Positions 35,459 through 47,700 of a stretch of 64,000 bases of DNA are shown here, one piece after another; the stretch's first letter is position 1; every line of letters starts with the position of its first letter. This DNA comes from Lingula anatina (lineage: Eukaryota > Animalia > Brachiopoda). Position numbers and translations under genes: made by a program. The notes under the pieces were generated by a model, which saw only the letters and a list, made by a program, of their open reading frames with translations, was not told where the DNA came from and made no database searches. The DNA lies in the NCBI GenBank assembly GCA_051362555.1, contig CM120640.1:28296503-28360502 (forward strand), read 5' to 3'.

Positions 35459-38400
35459 TCACATGCATTCCTGCTTGTTGCAATCCTTCTGTGGGCCCCA
35501 GTATACATGTGCATATTTTGCTCGCAGCGCTTGCTCCAGTTCACGTGCATGCTCTTTATCTCGTGTCTCCACGGTTACCTTTACCTGAAGTACAATTTGT
35601 AATAAACATAACTCCCTACAAAATATCTCAATTGTTTCTCAAATTGTGAAACAAGCCACATATTGTATTAATGTCATCATACCTCAAGTAGAATATTTTT
35701 TCATGAAAAAAAAAATTAAAATTTTAAGTGAACACACTTTCAGGTAGCTACTGACTATATTTATGGCCCTTATTAGTCCTTGCCACTTCGTAATAGCACA
35801 AATGTATTACCTGAACTGAGAATATGTCAGCTTTTAGCCATGCCCTTTCATGGTATATGTCCTTGATACTGAAGACAAAAAGGAAAATATGTATTACAAT
35901 AACTTTTATGGCAATATTCAATGAACACATTCATTTGCAGTTGCCACCAAATATTTGATAACATATATATAGGCACATGCACCCATATCCCAGTATAAAT
36001 ATGCAGGGTAAAAGATCACGCATACCTGGCTCCCATCTGTGCCAGCAACTTAGCCAGCTCAGCAATCCCCCCTGGTCTGTCAGTGACCGTAGCTGTAAAT
36101 GTACACAGGCGTCCATCTGCCGCCAGCCCTCTCTCCATGCAACGCCCAAGGATTGTTGTGTCAATATTACCACCACACAGAGCAATGACAACCCTGAAAA
36201 CAAATCAAAATACAGCTCTGAGACAATTGTGTTTTCAATCTTAAAGTCTCATATTCTGGTACTACCAATTGCAAGTAGAGGGTATATTTCCAATTCCTAG
36301 TTTTTGAAAGTGTCTCTCAATTATAACAAGATAGGGCAACTGTAACTGCCTACATGGATACTTTGACATGCATACCATTACAAACCTTGAGACAAAACAT
36401 GATGCACTTTTTAGTGAATAGATTGAAATTATGCAGAATGTAATGTTTTACTTGATAAATATTTAAATAATAAAAATAATTTATAATTTTATAGTGGTAT
36501 GCATCAATGCAATTCTGAAAGTGCCATCAATGTCACTCACCGTTTGTTTTCCAATTCGGGTAGTTTCCCCTGTATGAGGGCAGCCAGACCTGTGGCACCT
36601 GCTCCCTCAACTACTGCCTTCTCTATTTCTATCAGTCTCAGGATGGACAGAGCAATGGCTTCTTCACTGGAATAATACAAAGATATAATAAAAATAATAA
36701 TTACAAAATTGGGAAAATGCAAGAAAAGGTTTTTGTGAGTGTTAGGTTAGATAGTTGAGTGTTGGGTAAATTTTTATTACATTATTCATTGCATATTCAA
36801 GAAGTTCGGAATTTTTTGTGCTTCTAGGAACTAAGATTGCAATACTATCTATTGAAACTAACAAAACGAGGCATGAAAAAATCACTACTGTAACAGAAAA
36901 TTCACCATTCCAACATATTCTAGATAACTGCCTGATAAGTTTCAGTTAAAAAGATTGAATTTTTATTTTTCTATGCTGCCTAATTGCTCAGGTACCTTCA
37001 TTACAGTATACTTTATATATATTAACTTGTGCAGATCATTGTTGATTAAACACTTTATAAACTTTCTATTGATATAACTTTCTATTGCTTTATTTATACT
37101 TTTTACACCAGACAGAGCTGATGAAAATGTACAGAGATAAATAATGATAATAATAATACAAAAAAGGAACTTTTACACAGATACATATATAGCACCAAAA
37201 TAACATTTATCATTATGCATCATTACTACAGGTGCATATCCAATATTTCATAATCATAAACCAGGTGCAATCTTAATGCCAAGTCAACTGCTCACAGCTT
37301 TAATCATATGCTAGCGTCATACTTTAAGTATTGTATACATGACTAAGGTATAGATATCAATAAGAACCAAAAAATATAGCAAAATGCACAAAATATGCCT
37401 TATATTACCTACCTTACAACCACCATTTTGTCAACCAATGGGGCAGCAGTCGCCAAGGCATTTACACCAACTGTGGGGACAGCCAGACCTTGAAAAGGAA
37501 AAAAATTAAACCCTACAGTCTTGGGCAATAAAAACAACTCCAATCGTAAAGGCCTTCTTTGGAGAGATTTGGGTAAAGGTAGTGTAATAAAAATAACTAT
37601 AATGCATTATCAAGAATGCTGGATATTACAATTCACATCAACTGTTCTTGTTTTCAATTTTTTGTACTTAGTATATCCCCTACACTATGTACTAACCATC
37701 TGCCAGAGTAGAGGAGGCCTTAGTATAGATAGGCTTGCCTGCCTTTAGAGCATTGGAGAAGCTGCAACATCTTTCAGACTCCACACCCTACATTGAAGAA
37801 ACTTGCTTAGAAAACAAATGTTTCAGGTATACACATTTTTTTCTATCAAAATAAAGTGAGTTTTGACACTTACCATTATATGACATACTAGTGAATATGC
37901 TATACTTAGGAATTTTAAACTTTTTTAAAAAAAGAATGAATTTCAGTTGTATCAAGAAAAAAAAAAACAATTTAAAACACTATCAGAGTGAATTCAGTCA
38001 AAATCATATTCACTTATTGCCCTCCTGAATAACTGTCTATCCTAGAGTTGTACTCATCTCTGATGCATGTACTTACAATGACCAGTGTTTCAGGACTAAG
38101 ACTCTTGACTGCCAGAGCCAGCCCAGCTATCAGGCCACCACCACCTACTGGTACTATCACAGCATCCACATCAGACACCTGGTCCATGATTTCCAGACCC
38201 ATGGTGCCCTGGCCTGCCAGGATGTGAGGGTGGTCATACCTGGAACATATGGACAATTCTTTCAATTTCAGTCACTCCTTCATTTTTTCTTTCTCATACC
38301 TGTACATGTACTATGAGCTACATGTATGTTGGGATCTTCGGAATAAGCACACAAGTAAATATATAAACATAGATCTGATTGAGCCAAACATTATAAAAAT

Positions 38401-40252
38401 ATTGAAAACACATAAAGGCACATAACAAATACTTTGTAGCACACTCAGAAAACAATTAAGTCAGACTTGCTTCACTGAAAAGAATGCAACAGTTTAGAAA
38501 AATAAGATCTGGACAAATATGGGAATCGTTAGTGCTCCATAAGAAATAAAGCTACTCTGTATGCATTACTCACCCATTGATATACTGTAACTGTTGTTTC
38601 TTCCCAAGTCTCATAGCATGTTCTCTAGACTAAAATATTAACAAAACATGGCCATTGTTACATATCACACAAAAATGTCAACAATGAGTGCATGACATTT
38701 TGATAACAATCTAGAAAAAGCAATTAAGATGTTAATCGCATAAATCACAAGTACATAAATCCTATAAATCAAAAGTACATATGGGCTCCTAATAAAAATA
38801 TTTGGATTTTTCATATTTATATTCAGCGTCTTGCTATTTTGGTACATAAAAAAATACCATCAAAATGCCAAAGTATCAAGTGGACCCAAATATTTGCTCT
38901 TGTCATCTATCACCAATTTAAAAGGTACAAATAAACACTTATGGCTTACTATGATTTCAGTTCCTCTGGGCAAATAATCAACATGCTGATACCGTACACA
39001 ACCAGTGATTTTATCTTGAACTCACCTCTCCAATATCCACTCCCTTTACAATAACACGTGCCCCATACTGTTGACACAGGTTGATCTTCATGAGTGGAGC
39101 CACCACTGGCATCACCACAGTGACTGGGATCTTCAGCTCCTGTCCGTGATATGCCAGGGCTAGGGCATGGTTCCCAGCACTGGCTGCTATCACACCACGA
39201 GCTTTCTGCTCCTGAAATTTAAAAAAAAAAAAAAAACAAAAAAACAGGTACATATTAAACATGCTTAATACATGTATATACTGCACTGGTGTGATAGCTG
39301 AATATGTCAATGTAATAATATCACAGCATTTTTTTTTTATATAACTTTGTTGCATTTTTCTTAATGTTTTCCATCTTTTTTTTTTATCTCGTAAATATTC
39401 TTTATCCGAGTGAACTACACATATTTTCACATTAAGCAGTCATATCATAACACCCCACAACATCTGTTCACAATATACATGTATTTTTCACATATGTAGT
39501 TACCTTGGATAACATCTGGAGGGTGTATCTTGCTCCTCTTTCTTTGAAGCTAAAAATACAATTTTTTTTCTAGTGTATGCATAAAGCAGCAAAAACATTC
39601 TACTTCATCTCAATTAATTCAGAAACAACATCTTTGTATGTTAAGATAAACTGATTAGAAAAACTTAGATGCACAACAGTACTGGATTACATCATACCCA
39701 AAAAAAAAGCCTACCTTCCTGTTACTTGTAGAAAATCTTTCTTGAAATAAATATCTGTTTTGAAGTGATGTGACATAGTGGACCACTAGAAAGAAAAATG
39801 CAACAGCAACAAGAATAAACAATCTAACAGAATACTTGCAGTCAGACACTTCATTATATAGAAACAATATCACCATCAATTTTTTCACTGAAATATTTTA
39901 AAATAAAATTTTGTTAGATGCCAAAATTATCAAAACCTATATGCCATTTATTTGATCAAACTCTTGCCGATCACATTGGTTTTGGACAAAAAAAAAATTT
40001 CCTTACTGTACATGGCGTCTTCTGGACTCCATTTTTGATCTTGTAGGCAGCAGCACTAATGTCCTGAAACTGAATCTGTCTTGGATGCTCGGGGTCACAA
40101 AAAGGATCTTTCAAAACTTCAGTATCCTCCTCCTCTTCTTCCATATTCTTCCCCTCATCAAATTGACCATTTGGCATGGGGTCATCATCAGATGAAATGT
40201 CTCCATTCATTGATGAATGTCCATTCACCATATTGTTCGTCTCTGTTGACAT
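35459..40252 (-). CDS. PLP-dependent L-threonine/serine dehydratase (threonine ammonia-lyase; fold type II) with C-terminal ACT-like domain, 470 aa, 12 coding exons
   Basis: Exons (minus) 40007-40252, 39715-39785, 39504-39549, 39026-39211, 38574-38629, 38077-38239, 37697-37787, 37413-37488, 36541-36666, 36026-36193, 35811-35868, 35459-35584 total 1413 nt in frame. Motifs: TGSFKERG (PLP Lys), ASAGNHA, AGQGT, PVGGGGL, EGAGA, CGGNID, DRPGGIA. Confidence 0.95.
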
Positions 40253-40978
40253 TATAAGAGTGGGATGGTACTGGAGTGGTATATATACTTCTACAGCTGT
40301 ATAAAACTATAAAAATAAATGCCTAAGTTGCATATCATGTTGCACATCATTAATGCAATAAAGTCATTGGGTGCATGACAATGGCTGGTTTAGTACAGAC
40401 AAGGCAATGAATAAAAGCATATGTGTCTATGATATTATCAAATCAGGCATGCACATAATGAACAACATGAAAGAATGGTGTGGGAGACTAAGTGCATGGC
40501 ACATGCAGCAAACGTGATCAATGAGGTGGAAAGAAAGAAGTTCAGGGATGATGGAGAGATATAATAGACATTATTCATTCCCTTTTTCTCTAAAAAAATT
40601 AAATCCATTTCATTGATGGAAATCAAAGTTTAGCAATAGCTTGGTGACCTCCCTTCTCCTGGCAAGTACAACAAATGATTATGTTTCACACATAGGGGGT
40701 TTAACCATCACCAATCCCTGTCTATAAAGGGTGCATGATGCAATAGTTATTCTCTTGTACCTATAGCTAGGACCTGTACTTGGGAACAGAAGGACAAATG
40801 ATCAACATGTAATTGTCAGTGTCATCACTGTGATCGAGGTTGCAGTGGCAGCTGAAAGTTCAGTTTTCAATTGTACATATCCAGAAAATTAAACATAAAA
40901 CCAAAAGCATTGGATTATTCAACTGAAACGTAGTCTACTTTGTGCAGGAAGCGGTACCACAGAAAAGGGTTTGTTTAC

Positions 40979-41785
40979 CTGATAAAACGTTCCAAATGTG
41001 TATTGCTCTTGGGCCCCTGGTACTGCTTGAGCATTCAAATGGATCTTGGAAACATGGTGAAGACTGCTTCAATTTACCGTATCAAGTATACCACACAAGT
41101 GTACAAAATAAGTCGAAGTAAGTGTCAAAATATGAGCACGAACCCCTCTTATACACGTCCAAATGACCTTGAGAGCACAAAACAGCCAATCAGAGCTCAC
41201 CATTCCGTCACACCCACAATCCCACGTTTGTTTTGGTGTGCCAAGGGTGTCCGCAATATAGCATCAAGGACATAAGAATGGCTTTTTCACATGTCCACTA
41301 TCACACAAATACAAACTGGCAGTCAGTAATGTACTTTTAACAATCACCGAAGGAACATTTACACGTACATTATTGTAAATTCACATGGTTTACGTGCATC
41401 TCGTGATATAAAATCTATTTTTTCGCAGTTGCCTGCATAACAAATATTCTCATTCATTAAAATGGCTAAATTCTAGTTATAAGAACCTTACTTTACATTG
41501 AAAAGGACTATTATTCTAAAATTTGGTAAATAAATTTGAAAAAGTAACAGTGCGTTCGCAATGTTTACTTGTTGTCCGACCTTGGATTTGAAAGCGAGAC
41601 TTCCTGTCACATGACTTGTAGTGCAAACATGGAGATTGATAAGTCGGTTTGGAGACTAGTGTAAAAGATATTTAACCTATAAGGAGAGTAGCTGGGAGGG
41701 TATCAATTACTTGACATTTAGCTTAGGGATGTAGATATGCATTTCAACTTTAATTTGCGGTTTTCCGATTTTCTTTAAACGAACC
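40979..41785. promoter_or_regulatory. Divergent promoter region between the dehydratase (minus) and the RhoGAP (plus), including a probable non-coding first exon of the dehydratase (~40979-41120)
   Basis: Minus-strand donor at 40978, TATA-like element ~41147-41153, CCAAT box 41186-41190, TGACCTTGA 41164-41172, and an ETS-like cttcct plus E-box tcacatga at ~41600-41614. Short motifs only. Confidence 0.5.
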
Positions 41786-44700
41786 ATGACATCTGTTGGT
41801 GAGAAAATTACCCACAAAATTGACAAGATCGGGAAAGCCTTGGGTTCGGCTCGAGCGGGATCGCTGTCACGGAAAAAGAAATCTCGGAGGGACTCAACAG
41901 ATGCATCGTTGGTAGGTTTCTTAGAATTTATGCCACTGTTATGATATATAGAGTTATATCGAAGTAAAGCAGCATTATTTCTTGGATCTAGATGCCTGAA
42001 TAATAGTGATAGCCTCTCGCTGTTATCATCGTTGATCGGTTGATAACGCTGAGAACTCAGCCAAAGTGCGAAGTACAGTGAGCAGGCATAGAAACATTGT
42101 GAATCATCTCATTGACGTACAAAACTTATTTTGCCGCCTTACACTTCTAGTCTGCCCATAAATGACAAACAAAATTAGACTATTGCGGTGATTATATTAG
42201 GTGAATACAGGGACAACATCCAGTGTGTCACTTGTTGTTATGCAGTATTGTTTACATAATTTATAAACTGTAATTTGAAAAATTATATGAAACTTGATTG
42301 TATGAAGACATGTCTTATTGTAGAATTATAGAAACTATTTTAATTGCTATCAGAAACCTATTTTTTCTAAACGTGGTGGAACTGTTGGTGAATGAAGTGT
42401 TTAAGGCTTCATTCACATGCAATGTCTATTTTCTAAATTCTATTTTCTATTCGCGCTATCTTATGATCACGGTCTGTGCACTGAATATCCCGCCGCGTAA
42501 TTACTGGCAGCGCGAGCCAGTTACTTATAGTAACTTATAGTAACTGGCTCGCGCTGCCAGTAATTACGCCGCGGGATATTCAGTGCACAGACCGTGATCA
42601 TAAGACATACCGAAAATAGAAAATAGAATTTAGAAAATAGACATTGCATGTGAACGAAGCCTAACAGACCTGTTGCATACACTGTGCACATACATGTAGG
42701 CCAACCTATCCTCAGGCTGGTCTCTCATTCAAAAGTACCACTCCAAGGGAAGAAAAGTTAATTAAAAAGTGCATATGAACTGAGCATTGGTGGATGGTGG
42801 ATTCCCAATAATGCATTTATAGATAAACCATTTCTACTAGTTTCTTATATGACTCAGATAAATTTGACAAGAGATAAATCACTCAGTCAATGATAAGAGA
42901 CTTTTAAATTGCTCCTTGCTTTAATTTTTTGGTTGTAAATTTAACCTACTGATCTGACTAACTTATCCACCCTATTTATATACAGCATAGAAGCTAGCAA
43001 AAAATCCATTCGGTCCAATATCATTTTTCAGGTAATATTAATGTTAAATGATGCCTTTTAGTAATTCTCTTAGTTATACTATTTGAAACTATATGCTGGC
43101 ATTTGGTCGGCTTAAATTGACAAAAAATTGACTTCATGTGCATCTTTAAAAACCCAAATATTTTACATTTTATTGTGCCCAGTATTAAAGATAATAGACA
43201 CTTAAGAAGTTCTAAGTCACTGAAGTACTGAGCCATGGGAATTACTTTGAGTTTTTTCCCTATTTTCTCGTGATGGTTGATATAAATTTACAAGGAGGGT
43301 TAACCAGCATAAGTGTTGTGGTCATTATTTAACTGATACATAGAGTCCTTGTTTCAGAGATGACATCTGAAACCTCCAACTCTTAAATGGCCAGTCAAGT
43401 TTACATTAGGATATAACAATTGTTAACTATGGTGGCATGAAACAAACCTTACATTAAATGTTAATCATTGTCAGTATTTTTTATATCGGATGAGATATGC
43501 AATCGTAATCATTGCCTCTGTGATAACAATTTATTATTTATGGTAGCATTTATATATATTCTTAGTTTTTAGTTCATTCTGTTCTCTGGACTAACAGGTG
43601 TTTATAGCTATGTACTTTTGAGGCCATTCAAAACAGAACATCCGAGGTTGTCTGATCCACGGATCAAATATGGCGGACCCTACATGAAAGAAGAGCCAAC
43701 TAATCCGCTGATGGTCTCCCTGCCTCTACATGCGATGTCCTTACAGGGGTCTAGCAATTGAACCTCAGGAGTCGTGATTTAATCTGTTTAATGGCACATG
43801 CATAGAGGCGGAGAGACCATCAACGGATTAGTCAGTTCTTCTTTCATGCAGGGTCCGACATATTTGATTTGTGGATCAGAAGATCCTCGGATCTTCTATT
43901 CTGTATGGCTTCTTTGACTTTGTAAAAGTGTCACTATACAATATATTGGAGTTCACAATTTGTGTTAATCAATGCTCATGCCTGGTGTATGTCTCTTCAC
44001 AGCATTTTATTTTGTCACGTCTCCAAAACATTCAACAAGTCACACTGTGCACACCAAATCATTTCCATGCCATGTTATTTTAAAAGCATAACACGATTCA
44101 AAAAGTGTAAAGATCAGATATGATTGTAATTTCTCCTTGCAAGAACTTGGAGGGGGAAGTGGCTCACAGTGACAAATCAATGTTTGCAAGCAAAAAGGCA
44201 CACATAGCCTCAATTTAGATATTGAGCAATCAATTGTTCTGTCGTGAATTATTAACCAGCCCTGAGCCTGGTCAATGTGTTGAGTGCCCTGCAAAAACCT
44301 TTGAAGCTGGCGACTTTGATACAAGGCCAGATTTTAGTGGAGACATAAAGCGTTGATATTCCCTAATCTAGCATGATTATCACCAGCATAACAATGGAAA
44401 AATAGATTACTAGGATATATTGGCCTGTTCTATTTTTTGTATGCTTTAAATGGGGCTGTTTTATTTGTACCTGTCAAATGGTACTCAATTCTTGTTCACA
44501 TATATAGTATGGAAGGTAGTGCCTGGGGACCTTGCCATGAAATACAATATGTATTGATTATGATTGATCAAAACTTGTATACACTATTTGATTGATCCTG
44601 AAGAGTGCTGGACATTTCATATGGTAGCTTAACTGAGTAGAATGGACTCCACATAGTATAGATAGGGTCATAAAGGGCTAAATAACTTAAAAGGACTTAA

Positions 44701-47700
44701 CAATGGTGACTTTTAGACTGGAGCTAATTAACAAGCAGTAAAATTCAATTTTATCTTAAAGTGGCTTTTTGAAACATGCTTCAATTTTACGTTTCATTTG
44801 GAACACAAGTATACCACATTTTTTATTTACGGTCCAAATTACAAAATACTGTCAAATTTCCCACTATGATTCATCAAACTGTTTTATATTAGCTTGATCA
44901 AGGACAAGGAGGGGGCACGCTTTTCCCTCAAAAATTTACTCAGCTGACAAGCCACACAGGTATGCCAGTGTACAAGGCCATTGAAAAGTGCTTGTGCAAA
45001 CACATTCATGTAGACAGGCATATTTCACATATATCCCATTAACATACAAAATTTGATAGCAAGCTTTACTCATTCATTATTAAGCTTCTTCATATTAACA
45101 CTGATAAATATCAAAGGGTTTATGAGGAAATTACTGCATAGTGGGCATTCCCTCAGCAGTTTCTGAGGACCAAAGGTGCTTTAACGCCAGGTCAATATTA
45201 CAAGAAAATCGGCCTAAAATACATCATCAGATGATTAGAAATTTAGACAGTCCCCATCGTAGTTCCTGAGGCAAACAGATCAGATGTGTTTTGGACCAGT
45301 AGCCGCCCTTTGAATGAAGTCCTGGGCTCCGTATCTCGAAAGGTTCGCTATGTTGCGCACGTGTGTTAGTGTCTCGATTCCATAACCGATTCTATTTCGA
45401 GATACGGGGCCATGAAATCGAGACTCACTTGCACATACGCAAGTGTCTCGATTCCATGGCCCCGTATCTCGAAATAGAATCGGTTATGGAATCGAGACAC
45501 TAACACGCGTGCGCAACATAGCGAACCTTTCGAGATACGGAGCCCTGTTCCCAGGATGTTTCATGGATGTTATAACCCAACCCAAACACAACTTCTGAAA
45601 CATACATTGTTGTTTTGTGTTCAGGTTGCCTACTAGTATAAATTGTTTAAGTCAAGTGCTTCATGATTTTTGTCACCATCATCTTTGGTAGCATCAACTT
45701 CTAAGTTTGAGCTCTGATAATGGGACATATGTTATGCAAATGAAAAGTGTCTGGTCACTTCTCTTTTGTAGGAATACCTATGACATCACCTCCATGTGCA
45801 CATATGTTATGAGATTTTGAGACCCCTCTTTTGACACTATAAAATGGTCTGCACATAAAACCCATGCACATATATATCCAACACTTGTAACGAACATTTG
45901 TTAACTTATTCATAGCCGTGTATCTTATCTGAAGTACAGGTATAACCTCAAAAGCTGAAGTAGACTTGGACTGGGATGACTGTGATGGATATCTACACTA
46001 AGCTCATTGTTTTATCTGCTCTGAAGTGTGGGCCCTACTGTTTATGGTCTGTCCCAACTTCTGTTATGTCATTAAACTGACCTGTAATCTAAAGTGGACA
46101 TGTGATCCCCGGGGTGCTTGTACTTTGCAATGGTATTTTGCTTGATAACTTTTTAAACAACACTGATCTTATAATATGTTTGTAGGTGTCAATGCAAAAT
46201 GTTTTGATCCGACACAAATACTTTTATCAAGTAAATGTAAATATGATAAGACACGCACTTGTGTACATGTCCTGCTCTTCTGGTGTTATTGAGTCTATTT
46301 TACTTGAACATGTCCATATCCGTTTATGCCTGAGTGTATTGCGATTAAGTGTCATATTTTTGTAAGATGTAGGAAGAACTGTGTTTGTATTAAGTTTTAG
46401 GAAAGGTTTTTAAAGGCGATTGGAATAAGATTACAGCATCATAGCAAAATGTCCATATTAGTTTGATTACTTGTTTTTAAATTATGAAACTTTCCAAAAC
46501 ACTGGTTACTTGTAAACATATGCCTTCAAAAAAACGTGATGGTGGGTTGAAATATATAATCAAATTACGGGTTTAATGAAGCAACTTTTTTCATTTATAA
46601 ATCCTGTATTTATATGTGGGCTTGTAGAAATAAAAGAAGCATTTATTTATTAATGTGACATGTGTGAAGTATATATACAATTCACCCTTGAATGCTTAAC
46701 CATAATTAGGTGGCATGTTTTCTTTCATTTATGCTTGTATTTTGGTATTAACTGTCATATATACGTGCCTTGACCTCAAGTAATTAAGGTGGTGTCCCTT
46801 GTCCCTTGCTCACCTGAGGGGGTAAACAGTCAGGTCTGCCAGGATTTACCTTGTTTCTGACAGGAGATCAAAGATAAAATTTGGAGATTTACTCTACCTC
46901 CAAGACAGCTGGGTGAAGGTGTGACATTAATGTCACCCGCAATATATAGCTGTATGTATAAGAGGCCTGCTTCCTCCCTTGCTGCATCATAAATTTTTAT
47001 GGCACTATTTAATTTCATAGTTTCTGCACTGGATGAACCTGCACTGAATCAATTAAGATTTGAAAAGAGCATGCATTGTAGTTTGATACAGCATTCATTG
47101 ATTGGGATGAACAATGTCTCTATTAATTCTCATATTGATTAAAAGAGGAACTAGTTTAACTAACAAGAAAAGGAATTACTAAGATAGCCATTTTAAAAAG
47201 TTTGTCTTTATCATGAATGGATACAGAAATGTCTTTTCACTATGTTAACATAAAATAATCATAAAAGATATGGGACAAATGACAGGCTATTGAATCTATA
47301 AAGTCATGCCATACATTTAGTTGTCTTTATTCTGAAACTTTACCATCTAAAAACATAGTATGCTAAACAAGGAATAAAAAAGGGTCATTTTCTCCAAATA
47401 ATTTGCATGATAGATAAATGTCATAAGAATAATAATTGATTTCTTTGGCCATATCAGTGCAGACCAAGGCATGTCATGTTGTTTAGTTTGCATCAGTATG
47501 AGAGCAATTATTTTTGTTTACAGATGTTAAAAAGACTTCATATTTTGACCAAAGTAGATTAAATTTATATGCATAAATGTATAGCAGCATAGAAAGTTGA
47601 AGGAAGCATATTATAATATATGTTTAAATAATGCTTTTCTTTATTTGTTTTCTCAAGATATACTAGTCTGCCATCTGTACTGTTTCAAACATTTCGACCT

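Noticed and set aside
35459-40252. Serine/aspartate racemase call, or a bacterial ilvA/tdcB contaminant or recent HGT
   Set aside because: Ala occupies the racemase-determining Ser position. Eleven spliceosomal introns and known invertebrate homologs argue for a native gene.
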